Shown here piece by piece: positions 29,334-37,041 of a DNA stretch of 64,000 bases. Within the stretch, counting starts at the first letter, position 1. Every line of letters starts with the position of its first letter. The stretch lies in contig JACJYS010000001.1 in the NCBI GenBank assembly GCA_020635995.1, positions 512,712-576,711 of the forward strand. The letters are read 5' to 3'. A program made the translations under genes and the position numbers. Below the pieces are notes generated by a model. It searched no databases. It had not been told where the DNA came from and saw nothing but the letters and a program-made list of their open reading frames with translations. This stretch comes from Chitinophagales bacterium. GTDB taxonomy: Bacteria; Bacteroidota; Bacteroidia; Chitinophagales; UBA8649.

Positions 29334-29735
29334 ATGGGAATGTTAAAGGAATTTAAAGAATTTGCCATGAAAGGCAATTTGGTAGATATGGCTATAGCCT
29401 TTGTAATGGGCGGTGCTTTTGCTAAAGTAACCAGTTCATTTATTGATGGCTTAGTTATGCCTCCAATTAGTTTGCTTACAGGCGGTGGCTTAGAGGGCAA
29501 AATAGTATTGAGAGATGCTGTTTTAGATGCCGCTGGAGCTGTTACTACTCCAGAAGTAGCCATGACTTATGGTGCTTTTTTGAGTGCTGTAATTAATTTT
29601 ATTGTAGTAGCTTTTGTAATGTTTCTTGTAATTAAAGCAATAAACAAAACCAAAAAAGCCGAAGAGCCTGCTCCACCGGCTGGTCCTTCTGACAATGATT
29701 TACTTACAGAAATTAGAGATTTACTTAAAAAGTAA
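29334..29735 (+). CDS. mscL: large-conductance mechanosensitive channel
   Basis: 133 aa. LKEFKEFAMKGNLVDMAIAFVMGGAF is the canonical MscL N-terminus. Confidence 0.93.
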   Translation: MGMLKEFKEFAMKGNLVDMAIAFVMGGAFAKVTSSFIDGLVMPPISLLTGGGLEGKIVLRDAVLDAAGAVTTPEVAMTYGAFLSAVINFIVVAFVMFLVIKAINKTKKAEEPAPPAGPSDNDLLTEIRDLLKK

Positions 29736-29752
29736 TAGCAATTAAACAACTT

Positions 29753-29782
29753 AAAAAGCCCCAAGAAATTGGGGCTTTTTTT
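29753..29782. terminator. bidirectional intrinsic terminator (AAAAAGCCCCAA gaaa TTGGGGCTTTTTTT)
   Basis: Lies between the convergent mscL and kynA genes. Confidence 0.85.
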
Positions 29783-29836
29783 ATAAAGACAGACAAGGTA
29801 GGGTTATGCCAATTGTTCATTTATACCTGAGTTCGG

Positions 29837-30892
29837 TTAAGATTTACTCCCGTAACTCAAAGCACGCACTAAATCTTCATCTAACTGAGGAAGTTTGCTG
29901 CGTTGCACTAAAAAAGAGGTTAAATCTGCTATTTCTTTAAAAATATAATGTTTGTTTAATGCTGCTTGCAAGTAATCTTTGCCTGTGCTACCACCAGTAC
30001 CCACTCTGGCACCTATCATGCGGTGTACCATATTGATGTGTCTAAAACGCCAAGTAGCCATTTGCTCGTCTATATCTAATAATAAATTTAGCAACTGGTA
30101 AGGCATTTGCAATAATGGATAATCTCTGTACAGCATAATAAATAGTGCCGCTCTATTGGCTTTTGCCGATAATCTTCTACCTAAATTATTATTGTCATTT
30201 AAGCATATTTCTTTAAATTTTTCTACATTGTTTTTTTCTGAATCGGACAGGCTATTATCGTAAGTTTTTAAATAGTCTTGCCAAAATACATGCAAAGATT
30301 CGTCTGTATTATCGTATCTTTTTATAAAACTGTCCCAATATTCATCTCCTGCCCAAAAAGGCATACGCTCTAACCAAGTGTTTATTTGTTCTATAAATGT
30401 TACTTCATTTTCTAACGATTCAATATAGGCTTTATCTTTAGGTTTAAGTTGAGAAGTGTAATATTGTTTGCCAAATCTTTCTTCCATACGCAAGCCCAGC
30501 ATGGCTTCTACTTGTTTAAACTGTATGCTTTGAAAACCCGAAGCCGGACGCAATAAATCTCTATAGTCTAAAAAATCTAAAGGAGTCATGGTTTCTAAAA
30601 TATCAATTTGCTTTACGGCAACTTCTAATATTTTAACTACACGCTTTAAGCGGTGTACTACCACTTGTAGGTCTGGCGAAGAATCGGCTATGGAAGGCTT
30701 ACTAAATACTTTGTGTGCCGATTTTATTTCGTGCAATATTTGCTTAAACCAAAGTTCATACGATTGATGAATGATAATAAAAAGCATTTCGTCATGAGCT
30801 TCATTGCCGTGCAAAGCACTTTCGGGTTGCTGTGCGTTTAAAATCTTATCTAATTGTAGGTATTCGGGATAATAAACTCCTTTATATTCCAT
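29837..30892 (-). CDS. kynA: tryptophan 2,3-dioxygenase
   Basis: 351 aa. YLQLDKILNAQ and HDEMLFIIIHQSYELWFKQ match conserved bacterial TDO motifs. Confidence 0.85.
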   Translation of the reverse strand: MEYKGVYYPEYLQLDKILNAQQPESALHGNEAHDEMLFIIIHQSYELWFKQILHEIKSAHKVFSKPSIADSSPDLQVVVHRLKRVVKILEVAVKQIDILETMTPLDFLDYRDLLRPASGFQSIQFKQVEAMLGLRMEERFGKQYYTSQLKPKDKAYIESLENEVTFIEQINTWLERMPFWAGDEYWDSFIKRYDNTDESLHVFWQDYLKTYDNSLSDSEKNNVEKFKEICLNDNNNLGRRLSAKANRAALFIMLYRDYPLLQMPYQLLNLLLDIDEQMATWRFRHINMVHRMIGARVGTGGSTGKDYLQAALNKHYIFKEIADLTSFLVQRSKLPQLDEDLVRALSYGSKS

Positions 30893-30935
30893 ATTTTAAA
30901 AGGTTTGATGAGGTGTAAAGATACGATTATTACTT

Positions 30936-32075
30936 TTAATTTGATTTACTTAATATCTCGTAATAATAATTTTCATAAATAGGCAGTATGTTTTTTATGT
31001 CAAATTTTCTGGCATGAGCTACGGCTCGCTGCTTGTATTCAAGAAGTGTATCGCAATCAATTAAAATTTTAATAGCGTTATTTGCCATTTCTTCAATATT
31101 GCCTACATCACTTAAAAATCCTGTTTTTCCTTGTATATTTATTTCCGGTATTCCTCCGGTATTGCTTGATACCACAGGAACTTCACAAGCCATGGCTTCT
31201 AAAGCTGCTAATCCAAAACTTTCGCTTTCTGAAGGCATTAAATACAAATCGGCAATAGCCAATAATTCTTCTACGGCATCTTGCTTGCCTAAAAATAATA
31301 CATCTTTTTCTACTTTTAAATCTCTTGCCAACTGTTCGGCATAGGCTCTTTCCGGACCATCGCCAACCAGCAAAAGTTTTGCCGGCATTTTCTTTACTAC
31401 TTTTTCAAAAATTTTAATGGTATCTTCTACTCGTTTTACTTTTCTAAAGTTTGAAGTATGAATTAATACACGCTCTTCATTGGGAGCTATTGCTTTTTTA
31501 AAATGTGCTTTATCTAATTTAGTAAAACGGTCAAAATCTATAAAATTGGGTATTACCCTTATGTCTTTTTTTATTTCAAAATTTTTGTAGGTATCGTTTT
31601 TTAAACTTTCCGATACCGTTGTTATTCCGTCAGATTGATTAATAGAAAAAGCTACAACACTTCTGTATGCAGGTGCTTTGCCTACTAAAGTTATATCTGT
31701 GCCGTGCAAGGTGGTTATAACAGGTATGTTAACGCCTTTTTCTTTAAGTATTTGCTTAGCTATATATGCTGCCGAAGCGTGGGGAATAGCATAATGAACG
31801 TGCAATAAATCTAACTGCTGGTATTTTACTATATCTACCATATTAGAGGCTAATGCAGTTTCGTAAGGAGGATACTCAAATAAAGCATAGTTTTGAAAAC
31901 TCACTTCGTGAAAAAAAGTATTAGGCTGAAAAACATCTAAACGCGGTGGACGCGAATAGGTAATAAAATGCACCTGATGACCCTCTTTAGCTAAAGCAAT
32001 GCCCAACTCTGTAGCCACTACACCGCTACCGCCATAAGTAGGGTAGCAAACTATGCCTATTTTCATTTTTTTCAT
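30936..32075 (-). CDS. bshA: N-acetyl-alpha-D-glucosaminyl L-malate synthase (bacillithiol biosynthesis GT4 glycosyltransferase)
   Basis: 379 aa. MKIGIVCYPTYGGSGVVATELGIALAKEGHQVHFITY is the typical BshA N-terminus. GT4 EX7E region (ESFGLAALEAMACEVP). Confidence 0.85.
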   Translation of the reverse strand: MKKMKIGIVCYPTYGGSGVVATELGIALAKEGHQVHFITYSRPPRLDVFQPNTFFHEVSFQNYALFEYPPYETALASNMVDIVKYQQLDLLHVHYAIPHASAAYIAKQILKEKGVNIPVITTLHGTDITLVGKAPAYRSVVAFSINQSDGITTVSESLKNDTYKNFEIKKDIRVIPNFIDFDRFTKLDKAHFKKAIAPNEERVLIHTSNFRKVKRVEDTIKIFEKVVKKMPAKLLLVGDGPERAYAEQLARDLKVEKDVLFLGKQDAVEELLAIADLYLMPSESESFGLAALEAMACEVPVVSSNTGGIPEINIQGKTGFLSDVGNIEEMANNAIKILIDCDTLLEYKQRAVAHARKFDIKNILPIYENYYYEILSKSN

Positions 32076-32088
32076 TTGTTTAAAATAT

Positions 32089-32661
32089 TTACTTATACCA
32101 ACCCATTTCTTTTATATATCGTTCCACTTCTTTGGGTACTAAATAAGTAATGGGTTTATTATCTTTAAGTTGTTCTCTTATATACGAGGCAGAAAGCAAT
32201 ATTTGTGGCGTTTCTAATATTTTTATATTTTCAGCATATTTTTTTTCGTCTAAATTAGTGCCGGATCTGTTATATACATATATAGTATAGTCTTTTATTA
32301 GCACATCGGCATTTTTCCATTTGTGTAATGTAGGCAAATTATCGCCACCCATTATTAACGAAAATTCGTAGCCGGGATATTTTTCTTTTAAATAAACTAA
32401 AGTATCTATGGTATAAGAAGGTTTGGGTAAATTAAATTCTATATCGCAAGCTCTTAGTTTATCGTTATCTTCTATGGCAATATTTACTAAATGTAGTCTG
32501 TCGTATTCAGAAAGTAATCCGGCTTTGTTTTTAAAAGGGTTTTGTGGCGAAACTACCAGCCATACTTCATCTAAATTAGTATAATGAGCCATGTGGTTAG
32601 CTATAAACAAATGCCCTGTATGTACAGGATTAAAAGAACCAAAAAATAAACCTACTTTCAA
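32089..32661 (-). CDS. nadD: nicotinate-nucleotide adenylyltransferase
   Basis: 190 aa. GLFFGSFNPVHTGHL (HxGH nucleotidyltransferase motif) and the ISASYIR-type C-terminal motif (LSASYIRE). Confidence 0.9.
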   Translation of the reverse strand: MKVGLFFGSFNPVHTGHLFIANHMAHYTNLDEVWLVVSPQNPFKNKAGLLSEYDRLHLVNIAIEDNDKLRACDIEFNLPKPSYTIDTLVYLKEKYPGYEFSLIMGGDNLPTLHKWKNADVLIKDYTIYVYNRSGTNLDEKKYAENIKILETPQILLSASYIREQLKDNKPITYLVPKEVERYIKEMGWYK

Positions 32662-32780
32662 ATTATTTTATTTTTCTGTTGATAAAACTAACAAAAGAGC
32701 TAACAAATATAAATGTTTAAAATTTCGTTGTAAATAAAAGCAAGAAATATTAACAAGTAAATTATTTTTGCTTCGCTTTT

Positions 32781-33143
32781 ATGGAAAAGTACTTTAACCT
32801 ACATCTTAAATATGCTTTTATAGCAATTGTTCTTTTAGTGGCTATTATGTATGTTTCGCTATTACCTAAAATAGAACTGCCTAAAACAAACATTTTTCAA
32901 GCAGATAAAATTGTTCATTTTAGTATGTATTTCATTTTAAGTGTAGCTTTATTTAAAGGATTTTTTAACGTTAATCTTAAAAAATCTTTGACATTTGCAT
33001 GTGTTTTGTCATTTTTATATGGATTTATTGTAGAAATTTTGCAATATTCTTTAACAAGTACTAGAATGTTTGATGTTTTTGATATATTCGCAAATGGAAT
33101 GGGTGCAATATTTGCATATTTGATAGTAAGTAAATATCTTTAA
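32781..33143 (+). CDS. VanZ-like family membrane protein
   Basis: 120 aa, 4 TM, DKIVHFSMYFILS motif. Confidence 0.7.
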   Translation: MEKYFNLHLKYAFIAIVLLVAIMYVSLLPKIELPKTNIFQADKIVHFSMYFILSVALFKGFFNVNLKKSLTFACVLSFLYGFIVEILQYSLTSTRMFDVFDIFANGMGAIFAYLIVSKYL

Positions 33144-33162
33144 ACCGTTAATTAAAAAAATT

Positions 33163-34011
33163 ATGTTACAATTAGGATTAGTATTAGCCGGAATCATTGT
33201 AGGAATTATAGTGGCAGGTTATTTTATAGCAAATTTTTTGCTATCGGGTGGGAAAAGCCTAAGCCAGATTGCTGATAAGTACAAAGGAACTGAAGAGGCT
33301 AAATCGGTATTTTTAAAAAAATATGCCGAAGCAGATTTATCTAATGTTCGTACTGCCATATTAGCATTTGGAGCTATTGCGGCATTTTCTTCATCTATTT
33401 ATGCTTTAAGCTGGAGAGATAAACCCGAGAAAGTTCAGGCATTAGAAATGGAAGTGGTAGAGGATGATTTTGAAATAGAACCACCTCAAACAGAGCAAGT
33501 AAAACCACCGCCACCACCGCCACCGCCACCAGAAATTCAAGTGGTAGAAGATGACGTTATTTTAGAGGACGAACCGGAAATTCAAGAAGTAGAAATTGAA
33601 GAAGATGAAGTAATTGAGGTTCCTGAAGTAATAGAAGAAGAAGAGCAAGTGGTAGAGCAAGAAATTTTTACCATAGTGGAGGATATGCCTAAATTTAAAG
33701 GTTGCGAAAATTTAAAAGGTACAGAAGCCGACCAATGCACACACAAAGGCATTCAAACTTTTATTAAAAACAACTTTGATTATCCGAAAATAGCTGTAGA
33801 AAACGATATAGAAGGAAAAGTTTATGTACGGTTTGTGGTTGACCCTAAAGGAAAAGTTACAGACGTAACTGTAGCCAAAGGAGCTGACAAATTGTTAAAC
33901 GATGCGGCTGTTGCATTAATAAACAAAATGCCACCGTTTACACCTGGTAAACAAAGAGGAAAAGCTGTAAAAGTACAGTATGTAATTCCTATTAGTTATC
34001 AGTTGCAGTAA
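33163..34011 (+). CDS. tonB: TonB family energy transducer
   Basis: 282 aa. N-terminal TM, a Pro/Glu-rich linker (PPPPPPPPPE, EEV repeats) and a TonB C-terminal domain (IEGKVYVRFVVDPKGKVTDV). Confidence 0.85.
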   Translation: MLQLGLVLAGIIVGIIVAGYFIANFLLSGGKSLSQIADKYKGTEEAKSVFLKKYAEADLSNVRTAILAFGAIAAFSSSIYALSWRDKPEKVQALEMEVVEDDFEIEPPQTEQVKPPPPPPPPPEIQVVEDDVILEDEPEIQEVEIEEDEVIEVPEVIEEEEQVVEQEIFTIVEDMPKFKGCENLKGTEADQCTHKGIQTFIKNNFDYPKIAVENDIEGKVYVRFVVDPKGKVTDVTVAKGADKLLNDAAVALINKMPPFTPGKQRGKAVKVQYVIPISYQLQ

Positions 34012-34033
34012 AATTTGATAGATTAATTTTTTG

Positions 34034-34065
34034 AAAAGCCTAAGCAGAAGTGTTTAGGCTTTTTT
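34034..34065 (+). terminator. intrinsic terminator after tonB (AGCCTAA ... TTAGGCT + T6)
   Basis: 7-bp stem with a 10-nt loop and a T-run, 23 nt after the tonB stop. Confidence 0.75.
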
Positions 34066-34155
34066 GTGAAAAAAGCGAGATATATGAAATTATACCAATT
34101 GTCAACACAAAATAGACTATACTATTTTAGGTTGGTATTATAAACCACCTTTATT

Positions 34156-34203
34156 GAGATGGCGGATAAGGTCATTCGTTCCTCATGCCTTTCCGCCATG
34201 ACA
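34156..34203 (+). repeat. REP-like hairpin unit GAG-ATGGCGGA...TCCGCCAT-GACA
   Basis: 8-bp perfect arms with family flanks. Confidence 0.75.
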
Positions 34204-34223
34204 GTTTACGCTTTATGTTGATT

Positions 34224-34247
34224 CGTCATTACGATGAGTGTAATCTC
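34224..34247 (-). repeat. short REP-like hairpin unit GAG-ATTAC...GTAAT-GACG
   Basis: 5-bp arms with family flanks on the minus strand. Confidence 0.55.
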
Positions 34248-34257
34248 TTACTTTATT

Positions 34258-34347
34258 GAGATTGCCACAAAAATTATTCCTCCGTCATAATTTTCTCGCA
34301 AAGACGAGTACCTGTTGATTCGTCTTGCTGACGGTAGGAAGCATCTC
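34258..34347 (+). repeat. REP-like unit GAGATTGC...CTCGCAAAGACG extended into a ~90-nt imperfect long hairpin
   Basis: Nested pairings GAGATTGC/GCATCTC, CCTCCGTCA/TGACGGTAGG and CGCAAAGACGA/TCGTCTTGCTG, each with a single bulge. Confidence 0.65.
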
Positions 34348-34387
34348 TTTTTTTAGATACAAGATGTAATACCAATTAAGATTGGTA

Positions 34388-35878
34388 TTAAACCCCATAA
34401 ATTTTGCCGTACTTATTTTCAGCATATTGCATAAAATAGCTAAAGTTTAGTGGTTCGCCAGTTGCCTTTTTGCATAAATCGTTTGAGTAGTAAAATCTAC
34501 CATATTGATGTACATTTTTTCTTAACCAATTCAAGACATTGCTTAAATTATTGTTTTCTATATCGTTTTGATAATTAGCTAATTCTGTATGTATTTTGGC
34601 ATCAAACTGTGCGGTATAAAAACTACCTAATGAGTATGTAGGGAAATAGCCAAAACTGCCATGACTCCAATGTATATCTTGCAGTATTCCTTTGCTATCG
34701 TTAGGAACATCTATGTTTAAATACTCTTTATATTTTGCATTCCACGCTTCTTTGGCGTCTTTTACATTTAAAGTACCTTCTATTAGTTGCTTTTCTAACT
34801 CGTAGCGTATCATTATATGAAAATGGTACGTCAATTCGTCAGCATCTGTTCTTATTAAAGAAGGTTTAACTATGTTAATGGCTTTATAAAATTCATCTAA
34901 ACTAACTTTAGCAAAAGCATCGGGGAATACTTTTTGTAAATCTTGATAATTGGCTTTCCAAAAACTAAATGACCGCCCTAAGTTGTTTTCATAAAACCTT
35001 GATTGACTTTCATGTATGCCTAAAGAAACTGCTTCGCCACAAGGTAAGCCATATTCTTCAGCAGGTAATCCTTGTTCATATAAAGCATGACCACCTTCGT
35101 GTATGCAACTCCACAGCATATCGTAAAAATTGCTTTCGTCTATTCGGGTGGTTACCCGCACATCTTGCGGACTAAAAGTAGTAGTAAATGGGTGTGCAGA
35201 AATATCTTGCCTTCCGGCATCCATATCGTAGCCCATTTTTTTTAGTATTTCTATGCCAAAATTCCATTGTTTATCCTTATCAAAATGTCCGTACATAAAA
35301 CTATCATCTACTTGTTGAGCAGCCATAATTTTATTTAATAATGGTTGTAGTTTTTGTCTAACATCAGCAAACAAAATATCTATATCTGCTACTTTAGCAT
35401 TAGGTTCGTAATCATCCATTAAAGCATCGTAAGGATGCTGTTCATATCCTACAATATCTGCTTTTTTACGCTGTAAATCAATGATTTGTCCAAGCTCTTT
35501 TTCAAAAAGTTTAAAATTATTTTCTTTTTTAGCAGTCATCCAAGCGTGGTAAGCATTAGAAATAGCGTTAGAAAGTTCTACAATAAAACTACCGGGTATT
35601 TTTTTAAGTTTTTCAATGTCTATTTTTAAAAGTTCAACATTTCGTTTTTCCGTTTCAGAAAGATTTTTGGTGTCAATTTTATAAAGCAAATCATTATATT
35701 CTTTAGCTGTAAATTTATTGTGAGCTAATTCACTTAAAGTGGCTATTTGCTGTGCTCTAAACTGTTTTCCTTTAGGAGGCATATAGGTTTCTTGATCCCA
35801 ACTTAGCACACTTAAAGCATACTTAATGTCAGCAATTTTAGAATTTTGAGCTTTAAGTTCTTGATATAAATTATTCAT
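34388..35878 (-). CDS. M32 family carboxypeptidase (Taq-like)
   Basis: 496 aa. Contains HEGGHALY (HExxH), HPFTTTF, DVRVTTR, IRTDADELTY and GILQDIHWSHG, the full M32 motif set. Confidence 0.9.
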   Translation of the reverse strand: MNNLYQELKAQNSKIADIKYALSVLSWDQETYMPPKGKQFRAQQIATLSELAHNKFTAKEYNDLLYKIDTKNLSETEKRNVELLKIDIEKLKKIPGSFIVELSNAISNAYHAWMTAKKENNFKLFEKELGQIIDLQRKKADIVGYEQHPYDALMDDYEPNAKVADIDILFADVRQKLQPLLNKIMAAQQVDDSFMYGHFDKDKQWNFGIEILKKMGYDMDAGRQDISAHPFTTTFSPQDVRVTTRIDESNFYDMLWSCIHEGGHALYEQGLPAEEYGLPCGEAVSLGIHESQSRFYENNLGRSFSFWKANYQDLQKVFPDAFAKVSLDEFYKAINIVKPSLIRTDADELTYHFHIMIRYELEKQLIEGTLNVKDAKEAWNAKYKEYLNIDVPNDSKGILQDIHWSHGSFGYFPTYSLGSFYTAQFDAKIHTELANYQNDIENNNLSNVLNWLRKNVHQYGRFYYSNDLCKKATGEPLNFSYFMQYAENKYGKIYGV

Positions 35879-35962
35879 TGTAAAAAAAATGCTTTTGATT
35901 TGTTGGAAAATAAATGTAAATTTATACCTTTATAGCTTAAGAACTTAACTAAACCTATCAAC

Positions 35963-37021
35963 ATGAAAAAAAATTACCTTTTTTTAGCATTTTTTTCCCT
36001 TGCAATTTTTGGACTAAAAGCTCAAGATGTACACTTTTCGCAGTATTATACTTTTGCACAAGCCTTAAACCCTGCATTAACCGGAAATTTTGATGGCTCA
36101 TATAGAGTAGCTGTCATTTATAGAAACCAATGGAGCTCATTTTTAAATAAAAATGCGTTTGTTACGCCAGGTGCTGCTGTTGATTTACCTTTGTTTGAAG
36201 GGCAATTAAAACACGATAAACTCGGTTTGGGTATAATGTTTTATAATGATAGAATAGGAGAAGCTTCGTTAACTACCAATAATGTAGCATTATCATTAGC
36301 TTATCATAAAGGATTGGGAAAGCAAGGAAATCATAGAATATCATTGGGTGCTCAGGTGGCTTTTGTGCAAAGAGGAATGGATAGAGATAGTTATGTTTTT
36401 TATGATCAATTTGATGTTATTAGCCATAGCGGAATGGGAACAAGTCAAGAATTTGATGTAAATTCTTTTGACAGAGGTTCTTTCTTTTATTTTGATTATA
36501 ATTTTGGATTATACTGGAAATCTAAATTTACTAAACGATTTGGTATGCAAGGTGGATTTGCAGTTTCTCACATGAGTCAGCCAAAACAATGGTTTATTTC
36601 AGAAAACAATAACATATATTTACATAGAAAATATCAGGGAGATTTAGGTTTACAAATATTTTTAGATAAAAATTTAAAATTAGCTTTAGAGCCGGATGTG
36701 TTATATCAAAAACAAGGCGAAGCCCAAATGATATTAGCAGGAGGTGCTTTGGGGTATTACTTTAACTCTGGATTTAGAAACAAAACAAGTATTCATGTAG
36801 GTTCAAGATATAGAATAAGTCCTGTAAATGGAGATGCTGTGGTAGTATTAACACAAGTAGAATTTAGAAACTTTAGAGTAGGAGGTTCTTATGATGTTAA
36901 TTTATCTAATTTGAAAAATTCATCAAACTTAAAAGGAGCATTTGAAGTATCATTAACCTACACAGGCGAAAGTATAAGAAGCTTTAAAGCTAATAAGTCA
37001 TTACCGGCACGTAGATTCTAA
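35963..37021 (+). CDS. porP: PorP/SprF family type IX secretion system membrane protein
   Basis: 352 aa. AQDVHFSQYYTFAQALNPALTG N-terminus. Lies immediately upstream of the PorE-like gene. Confidence 0.88.
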   Translation: MKKNYLFLAFFSLAIFGLKAQDVHFSQYYTFAQALNPALTGNFDGSYRVAVIYRNQWSSFLNKNAFVTPGAAVDLPLFEGQLKHDKLGLGIMFYNDRIGEASLTTNNVALSLAYHKGLGKQGNHRISLGAQVAFVQRGMDRDSYVFYDQFDVISHSGMGTSQEFDVNSFDRGSFFYFDYNFGLYWKSKFTKRFGMQGGFAVSHMSQPKQWFISENNNIYLHRKYQGDLGLQIFLDKNLKLALEPDVLYQKQGEAQMILAGGALGYYFNSGFRNKTSIHVGSRYRISPVNGDAVVVLTQVEFRNFRVGGSYDVNLSNLKNSSNLKGAFEVSLTYTGESIRSFKANKSLPARRF

Positions 37022-37041
37022 ACCTAAAACATTCCTCTTTT

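Noticed and set aside
29312-29764. Two minus-strand ORFs antisense to mscL
   Set aside because: mscL has its canonical N-terminal motif on the plus strand. The antisense peptides are Ala/Pro/Ser-rich shadows.
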